64,000 nucleotides of DNA from a virus. A program made the position numbers and the translations under genes. The number at the start of each line of letters is the position of its first letter. The stretch's first letter is position 1. Where the stretch lies: positions 24,494 to 88,493 of IMG/VR virus record IMGVR_UViG_3300048694_001042; one strand, 5' to 3'. The notes under the pieces were generated by a model. The model searched no databases and had not been told where the DNA came from. It saw only the letters and a list, made by a program, of their open reading frames with translations. Positions 31,421 through 40,568 of this stretch are shown one piece after another.

Positions 31421-33341
31421 CAGCCAAGAACTAGTACCTGGTCAAGTTTATAACACACAAAACTTGACCAATAACTCTACTTCTGCCAGTTCTACTACTG
31501 GAACTTGGCAGAACGTTGGTTTGTGGAATCAGGGATTGCCATGCTGGGCACCAGGCGGGCCCACCTATTGCGGACCAAAACCTTATTTCAATAACGGTAG
31601 TGTGAACTTTTCCTATGGCACCACTGACTTGAATCAAGTAGTGAACATTGCTGCGGCATTGCCTACCAGCAGCACTGGATTGAGAGTTAATGGTTTCAAT
31701 TTTGGATTCACTGCTAAAAACGGCAATGGCTGGGACGATGGTCGCCAAGACTATCTTGCAGCCTATGTTAAATTCCGTGACACTAGTGGGGCTGTGGTTG
31801 CCAATTACGACTACTCCGGCAGTACCAATCGCCAATACAACTGGACCACATTTAATTTTAGTGAGACATTTACTACACCTTATGCTGCCAAAGATTTGAG
31901 CACAGCGCAATACGGGTTTGTTGGAAGAGACAACAACTTCTGGGCCGGACCATACGGACCTGAAATCCAAGGAATAAATTTCAGTTTGAAATATTCAGTA
32001 GACCCTTGTGTGAAAGATCCGCTGTCAAGCCCAACCTGTTCAGGCTTCTTGGACGCATTGAGTAAAACAACTGGTGCAACCTCCACTTCGGCAACAACTA
32101 CCACAGCTTCGCCTGCCACAGTGGCAGCAACTACAACAACTGAAACACCAGTTACAACAACTACCACAACAGTATCTGGACCACCACCTTCTGCGGTTTC
32201 TGCTGATTTGTTGTCTAAGATTGTGGAAAGCAATCGAACTGCTAATGCAGCCTCTGCGGCCAGCATTACAGCCGCCACAAATCTAAATGACAAATCTTCT
32301 GTGGCAGCATTTGCGCTGTCAGTGATTGCAAAAAATGCAGCCAATGACCGAGCAATACAAGAAAAAGCAGTAGGAGATGCAATAGCTTCTGCCAATGCGG
32401 CTGCAACAGCAGCAGTTGAGCAGGCACAAGCAATTGCATTGACTCAAAGTCTAGCCAGTGCAAACACTGCCAATAGACTTGCTGGAGCTGCGGTTGCAAG
32501 CAGTGGTCCAGCGCCTGGCGTTAATACTGCTGCATCAGTTCCAGCAGCTGGAGTCAATAATGCGGTGACAGGTCCAGCACCTGGTGCTACTATTGCAAAT
32601 AATGCCACTGTGGTGACCAATAACACAGGTGCAATACAAACTGGCAACAACAATAATATCACAGCACAGAACAGTTTACCATTGCTAGCCCCAGCACCTG
32701 CACCGGTTGTGGAAAACACTGCACCAACGCAATCAACTGCGCCAGTAGTTCAAACAGCAGTGGTGCAAAATAACAATGTTTCCTTGCCAAGTACTACGCC
32801 AGTTGTAGCCAGTTTTGAGCTGTTACCGCCATCGATCTCAACTGCAACACAACCTGTGACATCAAACCCTGCACAAGGATTAAACGTAGCAATAACATCT
32901 ACACCATTTACGCCTGCACCAGTTTTTGTTTCACCGGCGCCAGTTTTTGTTTCACCAGCGCCAGTAATTGAATTGCCAAAATTCAAAGAAGTCGAAAGCA
33001 GTCGTAACATAGACATGAGCTCACCCACTGACTTTGTTGCTGGATATGTAAACACCAAACACAACCTAAATGACATGCAAGCCACAACAAACGCACCAGC
33101 AGTGAACAGCAAAGCACAAGACAATGATGCTGCCGGTGGCGTTACTATTGCAGCCATTGCAAAAATGCCACCAGGATACGATCTATATACGTCACTGTCA
33201 ATTAGAGATGCAAACTTCTACAAGCCAGAAGAGTTGTATCGTGGACAAAAGACTGTGGACAATGTTAGATTACTAAGAGGTTTGACTGGAGCTAGTGATA
33301 GAGTCCATCAAGAAATGGTTGATAGCCAATATAACAAATAA
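31353..33341 (+). CDS. exported Ala/Thr/Pro-rich protein with N-terminal globular domain
   Basis: signal peptide; PAPVFVS repeats; 662 aa. Confidence 0.7.
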   Translation: MTLIRKLALVLLLASWLTSGSTNSQELVPGQVYNTQNLTNNSTSASSTTGTWQNVGLWNQGLPCWAPGGPTYCGPKPYFNNGSVNFSYGTTDLNQVVNIAAALPTSSTGLRVNGFNFGFTAKNGNGWDDGRQDYLAAYVKFRDTSGAVVANYDYSGSTNRQYNWTTFNFSETFTTPYAAKDLSTAQYGFVGRDNNFWAGPYGPEIQGINFSLKYSVDPCVKDPLSSPTCSGFLDALSKTTGATSTSATTTTASPATVAATTTTETPVTTTTTTVSGPPPSAVSADLLSKIVESNRTANAASAASITAATNLNDKSSVAAFALSVIAKNAANDRAIQEKAVGDAIASANAAATAAVEQAQAIALTQSLASANTANRLAGAAVASSGPAPGVNTAASVPAAGVNNAVTGPAPGATIANNATVVTNNTGAIQTGNNNNITAQNSLPLLAPAPAPVVENTAPTQSTAPVVQTAVVQNNNVSLPSTTPVVASFELLPPSISTATQPVTSNPAQGLNVAITSTPFTPAPVFVSPAPVFVSPAPVIELPKFKEVESSRNIDMSSPTDFVAGYVNTKHNLNDMQATTNAPAVNSKAQDNDAAGGVTIAAIAKMPPGYDLYTSLSIRDANFYKPEELYRGQKTVDNVRLLRGLTGASDRVHQEMVDSQYNK

Positions 33342-33356
33342 TAAAAGGAGCCAGAA

Positions 33357-33944
33357 ATGGGAGAGGAAATCAAAGACTTAAACAAGGAAGTCGACAAATT
33401 AGAAGAAGCAGCCAAAAAGTACGCTAGCAAGGACACAGTGATCAGCATTGGTGGGTATGAATTCACGCCGGCCAAGCTCATGGTAGCATTTACGTTAGCC
33501 AGTTCACTGCTAGGCGGTTTGTATGGTGCGTTTGAAGTGTACAAAGACTACATAGGCATGAAGAAAAAGATTGCTGAATACACAGCACCAGACCTGTCAG
33601 GATTTGACAAACGTCTGGCCGTGATTGAAGAAAACAGTCAAAAAGCGTCGGACTACACTCGTGATATCAAAACTGATTTGAAGAGTGACATTCGCCGCAA
33701 TGAGTCAGTCACAGAACAAGTGGAACGCAGTGTCAAACAAGCACAGCGCGAAACTGAACAAGAGATGCGTCAAGCACGCAAAGATGTGCGTGAAGACCTG
33801 GACAAGGCACGCAATGAAGTCAATGCTATCCGCAAGGAAATGGCAGAAGCACGTAGAGAAATTTCACGTGAAGTTGAGCAACTCAAACGTGAAGTAGATG
33901 GCAAGATTCAAAAGGCCATCGACAATCCCTTGGCTAACAAATAA
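33357..33944 (+). CDS. membrane-anchored coiled-coil protein
   Basis: AAGGAG SD; one TM helix then long heptads; ends in DNPLANK. Confidence 0.7.
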   Translation: MGEEIKDLNKEVDKLEEAAKKYASKDTVISIGGYEFTPAKLMVAFTLASSLLGGLYGAFEVYKDYIGMKKKIAEYTAPDLSGFDKRLAVIEENSQKASDYTRDIKTDLKSDIRRNESVTEQVERSVKQAQRETEQEMRQARKDVREDLDKARNEVNAIRKEMAEARREISREVEQLKREVDGKIQKAIDNPLANK

Positions 33945-34102
33945 TGTATACCACTTACTTCTTAATAGGGTTTGTTACATCGTTTGGATGGTGGTCAGCA
34001 GGCAAAGTACAAAAGTCAGTTGACAACACTGTTGTTGAAATAAGGGTTGAAACCAAGACAGTTGCACCTGCCAAACCAACGACCGATGCAAAGTAAAATG
34101 CC

Positions 34103-34654
34103 ATGGTCGATCCTATTTCCATTGGCGCAGCGTATCTAGTTGCCAAAACAGCAGTAGGTGGAATCAAGGAAGCTATTAGGCTTGGAAAAGACGCTGGTGA
34201 AATAGCCGGCGAAATTTCCAAGTTTTTTCATTCTGCAGTCACAGTAGAAAAGGCTGCTAAAAAAATTGACGCTGACCGCGTGGTCAAGATGAAGCAGGAT
34301 GTCAAGAAAGGCGACCTCAAAGGCTATTACGAACTCACAGCCGAAGCTATGGACATTGCCATCAAGGCCGAAGAAGTCAAACGATTTGAAGAAGAAATCA
34401 AAGATACGCTAATATGGTCCGGACGTGGACACATTTACTATACCATGGTAAGTGAACGCAATAGAATGGAAGCTGAACAGGCCCGAGCCATTGCTCTTGA
34501 AGAACTAGAGCAAGCTAGAATAGAACAAGAAAAGCAACATCAAAAAGAAATGACACGAGACTTGATGTGGTGCGCGGCTGCTATAACACTAACCGGCTTG
34601 TTTCTCTGGTGGGTGGTTGATTTTATGATAACCAAAAAAATGGGAGTTGTTTGA
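34103..34654 (+). CDS. hypothetical protein with C-terminal TM helix
   Basis: MVDPISIG start; coiled coil; hydrophobic tail. Confidence 0.7.
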   Translation: MVDPISIGAAYLVAKTAVGGIKEAIRLGKDAGEIAGEISKFFHSAVTVEKAAKKIDADRVVKMKQDVKKGDLKGYYELTAEAMDIAIKAEEVKRFEEEIKDTLIWSGRGHIYYTMVSERNRMEAEQARAIALEELEQARIEQEKQHQKEMTRDLMWCAAAITLTGLFLWWVVDFMITKKMGVV

Positions 34655-34672
34655 CAACCCCCATTGCGTAGA

Positions 34673-35020
34673 TTACTCTTTGGCTTTTTTAGCACGAGGC
34701 TTAGCCGGAGCTTTCATAGCTGCTGGCTTTTTTGCGGCTGCTTTTTTAGCTGCTGGCTTTTTAGCAGGTGTTTTTGTTTCTGTCTTGGCTTCTACTACCG
34801 GAGCAGGATTGGCAGGATGCTTGTTCCACTCTTCTGCAGTCAAACTGTGTAGTCCCACACAATAACCAGACGGGCTACGACCGCAGCCGCACTTGGTTGG
34901 TTCTACCTTTGTGGTAGGTGCTTCGGCAGCAGGTGTTTCTACTTTGTAAGGCGCAACAGAGTCATTCTGGGCCGGGTGACCTTTTCGGTTTAATATAAAA
35001 TCAAATAATGTTTTGAACAT
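34673..35020 (-). CDS. CDGSH-like iron-sulfur motif protein with histone-H1-like PAKK tail
   Basis: CGCGRSPSGYCVGLH; PAKKPAAKKAAAKKPAA; GGAG SD. Confidence 0.65.
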   Translation of the reverse strand: MFKTLFDFILNRKGHPAQNDSVAPYKVETPAAEAPTTKVEPTKCGCGRSPSGYCVGLHSLTAEEWNKHPANPAPVVEAKTETKTPAKKPAAKKAAAKKPAAMKAPAKPRAKKAKE

Positions 35021-35072
35021 TTGGTTCTCCTCGGGGGTATTTATTAGTGACCATTCACTACAAAAAACTTAT

Positions 35073-35084
35073 TGCACTGCACAA
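35073..35084 (+). promoter_or_regulatory. PhaR-like operator upstream of phasin
   Basis: TGCACTGCACAA fits recalled PhaR consensus TGCRNYGCASMA; overlaps the -35 region, TATAAT at 35095. Confidence 0.55.
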
Positions 35085-35105
35085 AAAAATCATATATAAT
35101 AGTAC

Positions 35106-35162
35106 ATAGGACGCTGAATAGGTCGGGTCCTATAGTAGACTTGCTTACTTAAGGAGAAAATT
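35106..35162 (+). promoter_or_regulatory. ROSE-like leader, phasin
   Basis: ATAGGAC/GTCCTAT hairpin then CTTGCT..AAGGAG. Confidence 0.5.
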
Positions 35163-35444
35163 ATGTTTACACTAGACGCAACCATCGACGCCGTACAAAA
35201 CGGTAAAAAACAATTCGTTAACACTTTCGTTCCAAACGAAAGCGTAAAAGAAACACTGAATAATTTCATTGACGCCCAAGCCGAATACACCAAGGCTGCG
35301 GTCAAAGTCGGACAAGACACAGCTACCAAGTTGGCTAGCGAAATGACCAAGGCCATTGGCGAAGCTGCCAAGTTTGACTACACCAAGTTTGGCGAAGGCG
35401 TAATGAAGGCCTATGACAACTTGGCCAAAGCCACTAAAAAGTAA
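35163..35444 (+). CDS. phasin-like protein
   Basis: amphipathic Ala/Lys helical 93 aa protein; PhaR-like box upstream. Confidence 0.6.
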   Translation: MFTLDATIDAVQNGKKQFVNTFVPNESVKETLNNFIDAQAEYTKAAVKVGQDTATKLASEMTKAIGEAAKFDYTKFGEGVMKAYDNLAKATKK

Positions 35445-35464
35445 TACCTAAGTATTATCCGTAC

Positions 35465-35491
35465 AAGCCCCTGTTTTAGGGGCTTTTTTTT
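35465..35491 (+). terminator. Rho-independent terminator
   Basis: AAGCCCCT/AGGGGCTT stem plus T-run. Confidence 0.8.
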
Positions 35492-35493
35492 GG

Positions 35494-35522
35494 TTGACCA
35501 GTAATTCCCGTTTTGTTATAAT
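35494..35522 (+). promoter_or_regulatory. sigma70-like early promoter
   Basis: TTGACC-17-TATAAT. Confidence 0.8.
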
Positions 35523-35528
35523 TTGAAC

Positions 35529-35738
35529 ATGGAAACACTAGCAAAACAAATTTTTCAAGAGAATCCCATCATTGCATCCGAGAGCATGTTGCTGAGTCTG
35601 GGGTTTGAACGTATGCGAAAAGAACAAGGATCCAAGGCTGCTCGTTATTACTTTTGGTATGACGAGGACTTCCCTGCAGACTATGTCAGTGAGTACTTTT
35701 GGCTGCAACGTCAGGTTCGAATCGGGGTTGACCAATAA
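35529..35738 (+). CDS. hypothetical protein, probably leaderless
   Basis: ATG 6 nt after TATAAT. Confidence 0.6.
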   Translation: METLAKQIFQENPIIASESMLLSLGFERMRKEQGSKAARYYFWYDEDFPADYVSEYFWLQRQVRIGVDQ

Positions 35739-35756
35739 TTCCCATTTTGCTATAAT
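35728..35756 (+). promoter_or_regulatory. sigma70-like early promoter
   Basis: TTGACC-17-TATAAT. Confidence 0.8.
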
Positions 35757-35765
35757 TACACTACT

Positions 35766-35924
35766 ATGAAGCCCATACAGTTTACACTGCCGCCTGTTAA
35801 GGAACGTCGACACCGTGCTCTATTCGATCGCGACTTGCCGTTCCGCGGACGTGTGGAAAAAAGCAAAACTGAGTATCAACGCAAACCCAAACATCGAGGC
35901 CGAGATGATAACCTTCACTCCTGA
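35766..35924 (+). CDS. ArfA-like (alternative ribosome rescue factor-like) basic peptide, 52 aa
   Basis: ALFDRDLPFRGRVEKSKTEYQRKPKH resembles the ArfA core; directly after a promoter. Confidence 0.55.
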   Translation: MKPIQFTLPPVKERRHRALFDRDLPFRGRVEKSKTEYQRKPKHRGRDDNLHS

Positions 35925-36123
35925 ACAAGAACAGTTCATGCAACTAACCCAAACTCGTTCGTACTATCAAGGTATGCGCGAAGGTGTTGAGTTATATGCA
36001 CACTGGCGGGACGGTGTACAGTATGTGGGTACCACTGGCCGCACTCTCAAGCAAGCTCTTGCTGATATCAACAGTGAAGAAGCACAGAGCATGGCTCGTT
36101 GCGATCGATTGAAGGTGATATGA
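35905..36123 (+). CDS. hypothetical protein
   Basis: GAGG SD before ATG 35905; AHWRDGVQYVGTTG. Confidence 0.6.
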   Translation: MITFTPEQEQFMQLTQTRSYYQGMREGVELYAHWRDGVQYVGTTGRTLKQALADINSEEAQSMARCDRLKVI

Positions 36124-36446
36124 GCAACTCTAAACGCAGAAGCCACTCTAAGCGCAAAACCACGCGAGTACGAGTTGCCCAGGCTGAGTCCGTCGATTGG
36201 TGGACCGAGCCCAACATTGAATTCAAAAAGCACGAGCTCATTCCACGGACCAAAGATGTTTTTGGTGAGCCCGGAATCCAAGCAGGCCGTCGTTGGTTCT
36301 ACAAAACCAATCGTGAATATTTCTACAATCGAACGCCAACACTCAACGGTGGCTGGGTGAGCGTTTCCAGAACGCGAATGTTTCTTGACTTCTATTTCAA
36401 ACGTCCAGAGGATGCCACATGGTTTCAACTAAAGTGTATGGGCTGA
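36120..36446 (+). CDS. dispersed member of the F-x-L-R/K-W small protein family
   Basis: ends FYFKRPEDATWFQLKCMG. Confidence 0.6.
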   Translation: MSNSKRRSHSKRKTTRVRVAQAESVDWWTEPNIEFKKHELIPRTKDVFGEPGIQAGRRWFYKTNREYFYNRTPTLNGGWVSVSRTRMFLDFYFKRPEDATWFQLKCMG

Positions 36447-36676
36447 TTGCAGCCTTGGTGTTGACCACAGCTGGTTGCACTACCAATCGTGCTCCGCCTG
36501 TTGATGTGAGACTCGTCCCTAATGATTGTGTTAACCGCCAACTGATAATAAACTATCTCAGTGAGCAAGCCGCACTGCCCCGCGGAACCCTTGAAAGCCA
36601 ACAAGACTATGAACGTACTCGCGCAGAAATTCGTCAACGTATTTGGACCATGCGTTATTATTGCCAGCCTGTGTAG
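36419..36676 (+). CDS. putative lipoprotein
   Basis: hydrophobic signal plus TAGC lipobox. Confidence 0.6.
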   Translation: MVSTKVYGLIAALVLTTAGCTTNRAPPVDVRLVPNDCVNRQLIINYLSEQAALPRGTLESQQDYERTRAEIRQRIWTMRYYCQPV

Positions 36677-36899
36677 TGGTTGTGCAACAGGAACACCCAG
36701 CCGCGTGGCCATTGATCCCTATGACTTGAATTACTTTCAACCTGATTGCAGTCAAAAGGCACAGCAAATTGCATTTTTACAAAGTCTCCGCCGCAGTCCT
36801 GAAGATCGAGCATTCACGCTCAGTGGCTGGTTTGGTGTGGACGATCAAGTAAACTGGACCATTAACTCTCACATACTGTATCTCAAACAATACTGCTAA
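36609..36899 (+). CDS. putative lipoprotein
   Basis: IIASLCSGC lipobox-like; start uncertain. Confidence 0.5.
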   Translation: MNVLAQKFVNVFGPCVIIASLCSGCATGTPSRVAIDPYDLNYFQPDCSQKAQQIAFLQSLRRSPEDRAFTLSGWFGVDDQVNWTINSHILYLKQYC

Positions 36900-37459
36900 T
36901 GAAAAAATTATTGTTATTGATTGCCTTGCCTGCTGTGGTTTCAGCGCAACAATGCGTGTTGCAAGACCGTACAGTGACTCGAGGTACTGTAGTCATCCAA
37001 GAGCGCAGTGAAATGCGAGCCGAAGTGGTACCAGCGTTTAACGGTGGCCGCAAGTGTATGGCCAGCTTTCGAGTACGAATTGGTGGCGAATGGCACAGCG
37101 CATTTGGTGAATACGAATGGCCTGGCGACCGACCCAGAGAAGAAGCCTGTGCTGTGGCTGTGAAACGTGCTGAAGATTCTGTGCGCGAGCGTGTGAGCCG
37201 GACTCAAGTTGTGACAGAAAAGACGTTGATTTGTTCAGACAATCCGGACCACCAAACCTTGCGGTCCATGAATCCTGGAACTATTGGCAAACTCAGCCAG
37301 TTCCGACCCCATCCTGATTTACCTCGTGAGTTTTGGCATAACGGTGCCCCATGCAGGTTCTTTTTGGATAGCACCTATACCGGATCCGATGTAAGGACTT
37401 GGCAAGGTGTGATTTGTAAGCTACAAGACTCAAATTGGGTAGTGGTTGACAAATTTTAA
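36899..37459 (+). CDS. secreted Cys-containing protein
   Basis: signal peptide MKKLLLLIALPAVVSA. Confidence 0.7.
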   Translation: MKKLLLLIALPAVVSAQQCVLQDRTVTRGTVVIQERSEMRAEVVPAFNGGRKCMASFRVRIGGEWHSAFGEYEWPGDRPREEACAVAVKRAEDSVRERVSRTQVVTEKTLICSDNPDHQTLRSMNPGTIGKLSQFRPHPDLPREFWHNGAPCRFFLDSTYTGSDVRTWQGVICKLQDSNWVVVDKF

Positions 37460-37506
37460 TTTTGGTGCTATACTACATTATCCTCAACTAACCTGAAAGG
37501 TTTGAA

Positions 37507-38331
37507 ATGAAAGTTTATCGTTTGTTACTTGTTGCAGTCACTGCCAATTTGGTTGCCTGCGCCAGCGCCCAAAAAGCTGAAACTGTGGTTGCTCCGCAAC
37601 CGGTTGCATCGGCACCGGCACCGGCACCGGCGGCGGCTGCTCCTGCTCCGCATCCTTATGCATTGCCCCCACAGGCCATGCGTACTGTGACCCCTGCTCC
37701 GGCGTGGTTCATTCAACTGCCTGAGAGTACTGCCGAAATGGTGTTTGCCGCGGCAACTGCTACCAGCGTAGACGAGCAAATGGCTTACAGCAAGGCTCGC
37801 ATGTTTGCAGAACAAAAGCTGGTTGAACAAACTCGATCAGTGATTCGCACTCAGACCAAGAGCTACCGCAACGACACAGGTGCCGCCATGGTAGAGAGTT
37901 TTGAAACTGTGGTTCGCAAAAACGCCAATGGTGAGCTGATTGGTGCCCAGCGTGTGGACAGCCAAGTCACGTTTGACGGACGTCAGTACAAGGTCTACGT
38001 GTTGTTGCGTTTGCCACTAGGCGATGCTAACGTACTGGCCAAAGAACGCGAATCTGCAAAACTGCGTCGAGAAGCTGAACTACGAAGTGGCCGTGCCCAG
38101 CAAGATCTTGACCGAGCAGTGGATGCTGAAAAGCAAGAGCAAGAAAAAGCTGACCAAAATCTACGCAAAGAAGTTGGTCCTCGAGCCGAAAGTGCCGTGC
38201 CCACTGTGTCTGTGCCAGTTTCGCAAGGTGAGCTCAAGCTTTTGGATGTAGAAAACGCTGAATACAAAGCTCGTCGGGCAGAAGCACTGGAAAAGCCCGG
38301 GGCAGTGATAGGACAAACTACCCTACGATAA
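37507..38331 (+). CDS. lipoprotein (LPP20-like)
   Basis: LVAC lipobox; PAWF; promoter TTGACA-17-TATACT at 37446. Confidence 0.7.
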   Translation: MKVYRLLLVAVTANLVACASAQKAETVVAPQPVASAPAPAPAAAAPAPHPYALPPQAMRTVTPAPAWFIQLPESTAEMVFAAATATSVDEQMAYSKARMFAEQKLVEQTRSVIRTQTKSYRNDTGAAMVESFETVVRKNANGELIGAQRVDSQVTFDGRQYKVYVLLRLPLGDANVLAKERESAKLRREAELRSGRAQQDLDRAVDAEKQEQEKADQNLRKEVGPRAESAVPTVSVPVSQGELKLLDVENAEYKARRAEALEKPGAVIGQTTLR

Positions 38332-38344
38332 ACGGCTTATAAAT

Positions 38345-38374
38345 AAAAGCGGCTCCCGGGCCGCTTTTATTTTT
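38345..38374 (+). terminator. Rho-independent terminator
   Basis: AAAAGCGGC/GCCGCTTTT stem. Confidence 0.7.
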
Positions 38375-38382
38375 GGCAAATC

Positions 38383-38955
38383 ATGGCAAACGACATCGAC
38401 ACATCAGATAAATCCCCAGGACAACTGCTACAAGAAAACGGAATGTATGTTTTCATGGGCGAAGTTGACCATGACAATATCAAGCCGATCATAGAGTGGA
38501 TCTTGCACGAAAACTACGTGGTCAAGAAAAAGAAAAAAGAACTGCTGTTGATGATTTGCAGTGATGGTGGCAGTGTGGAAAGTGCGTTTGCTCTAATCGA
38601 CGTGATGCGTAGCAGTAACATACATATCAAAACAGTGGGACTGGGGCAGATAGCAAGTGCAGGACTTCTGATATTCTTAGCAGGGTCTCCGGGACGCAGA
38701 GTGCTCACTCCCAACACATCAATATTGAGCCATCAGTTCAGTTGGGGCTCAGATGGCAAGGCACATGAACTGTTTGCCACAATCAAAGAGTTTGAGCTTA
38801 CTCACAAACGCATGGTCCAACACTATCGAGACACCACAGGCTTGGATGACGAGGAAATTAAAAAGACCTTGCTTCCCCCGCATGATGTGTGGCTCACAGC
38901 AGAAGAAGCGTTGGAATACAATATCTGCGACGCAATTTCAGAAATTCAACGCTGA
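38383..38955 (+). CDS. ClpP-like serine protease (divergent)
   Basis: ICSDGGSV, GQIASAG (Ser), SHQ (His), DVWLTAEEALEY. Confidence 0.85.
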   Translation: MANDIDTSDKSPGQLLQENGMYVFMGEVDHDNIKPIIEWILHENYVVKKKKKELLLMICSDGGSVESAFALIDVMRSSNIHIKTVGLGQIASAGLLIFLAGSPGRRVLTPNTSILSHQFSWGSDGKAHELFATIKEFELTHKRMVQHYRDTTGLDDEEIKKTLLPPHDVWLTAEEALEYNICDAISEIQR

Positions 38956-40517
38956 CGACGTTCTCTACCCAGTGTACCAGCATCGGTTTTAGGGCCGGCT
39001 GCGGAACGTGCAGTTTTTACTCCTGGACCTGTGAGTCTAGTAGGCTCTTCAGGTGCAACGCCGCCAGCACTGGCTTTTAAGTTTGGTCGGCGATCCATGG
39101 CTCGTTCCAGTGACTGTGCGCTGACAGGATCGTCCCACTTGGCTCTGCGATACTCAGTCAGTTTTTCCAGCAACGGTTCTTTTTCAATATAGTTACGAAC
39201 ATACAAACCACTGGGGCGATTTTCAATCTTCATTCTGACTGTGAGCAATTTGTTTTTGGGATTGCCACGCTCGTGAATCACAACTTCGGGCCAAGTTTTG
39301 CTGTCATTGTAGGTAGCACCCAAATCAACTGTTTGAAGTTTTCTCACCAGGTTGTTGAATCTCAAGACCTTGAACCCACCTTTGTCAAAGTCCACTAGTT
39401 CGACCTTGGGGTCTCCCAGTGTAGCAAAGTGTGTGATTCCTCTAGCAATGCTGTCAATCATGCCAGCTTCTTCTTTGGCGCTGGCATTTTTTAATTCTGT
39501 ATCAATTTTCTTGGCTGCGTATTCGTACACTTTCTTGAATGCTTCTCTTGGATCTTTTTTCACTGCGGATTCAAAGTCTTTGAGTGCAGGCGCAACATCA
39601 ACGTCAAAGTAGTTCCACAAGGACTGTTGAGTTTCTTCTGTGTCGCCACCAACTTGACCAAATTGTCCAATACCGCCAACCTTCAAACTGGTGTTGAGTC
39701 TCAGTTTGCGAGGCTGACCATTTTCGTCGGTAACATAGACCCATACATCAGTCTTTTGTGTTTTTTCGCCAGTGACGCCGTCGGCCATGACAACAATTTT
39801 ATCAGCGCGGCCGTTGATGTAAAAATAACGACTGTAACGTTCTGCGTCAGCAGTGTTGACATAAGCGGCTGCACTGGCAAACTCGTTGGCCAACAGTGGG
39901 CGCTTTGCAGGATCCATCAAGTCTTCGTATGGGCCTGTCTTGAGTCGCAACACAAAAGACACAACGTCGGCGTTTTTGTTATCGTAATCTTCTACTTCAA
40001 CTTCGTACTGATCTTCGCCAGTTTGTTTTAGGCTGTTCAGTACTTGGTTGATATCCTCGGGTGTTACTGTGCCAATTTCTTCATTGGGTTCACGTTTGGT
40101 AAACTTGGCAAACATGGCAGCACCAAGAATGCCTTCTGAAGTTTCTCCACGATTGGCAATTTTTCCTTGTGATGCGTCGGCACCAGCTCCTGTGTATGAG
40201 TTAAACATGGGCCCAATTGTGCTGGCGCTGCCTGTGATCAAAACATACTCGCCAGCATTGTTGGCAAACAAGTATCCGTCTGGTCCCGAACTCACAGCAA
40301 TGGTTGGGAGATTCAACAGGTCCTCATCCCCAAGTTCGCTGGTATCTTGCATGGTCAATGGCGGAGCAGGGTCAAAACCGTGCTGTTGCATCAGTGCCAT
40401 GAGTTTTTGGCCAGATTGACTGCCACTGACAGAAAATTGGGTACCAGGTCCATATTTGGATTTGGAAATGGTTACTTCGTTGATTACAGAATCGAGTTTA
40501 TCGAGCAGGTCTCTCAT
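38946..40517 (-). CDS. hypothetical protein (523 aa)
   Basis: long minus-strand ORF. Confidence 0.75.
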   Translation of the reverse strand: MRDLLDKLDSVINEVTISKSKYGPGTQFSVSGSQSGQKLMALMQQHGFDPAPPLTMQDTSELGDEDLLNLPTIAVSSGPDGYLFANNAGEYVLITGSASTIGPMFNSYTGAGADASQGKIANRGETSEGILGAAMFAKFTKREPNEEIGTVTPEDINQVLNSLKQTGEDQYEVEVEDYDNKNADVVSFVLRLKTGPYEDLMDPAKRPLLANEFASAAAYVNTADAERYSRYFYINGRADKIVVMADGVTGEKTQKTDVWVYVTDENGQPRKLRLNTSLKVGGIGQFGQVGGDTEETQQSLWNYFDVDVAPALKDFESAVKKDPREAFKKVYEYAAKKIDTELKNASAKEEAGMIDSIARGITHFATLGDPKVELVDFDKGGFKVLRFNNLVRKLQTVDLGATYNDSKTWPEVVIHERGNPKNKLLTVRMKIENRPSGLYVRNYIEKEPLLEKLTEYRRAKWDDPVSAQSLERAMDRRPNLKASAGGVAPEEPTRLTGPGVKTARSAAGPKTDAGTLGRERRQR

Positions 40518-40568
40518 TGCTTTTTCCAGGGTTTAATGTTATACTTATGCTTTCAACAAGGAGAGCAC

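Noticed and set aside
40347-40568. N-terminally extended ClpP
   Set aside because: The extension overlaps the opposite-strand gene; SD and ClpP homology begin at ATG 40569.
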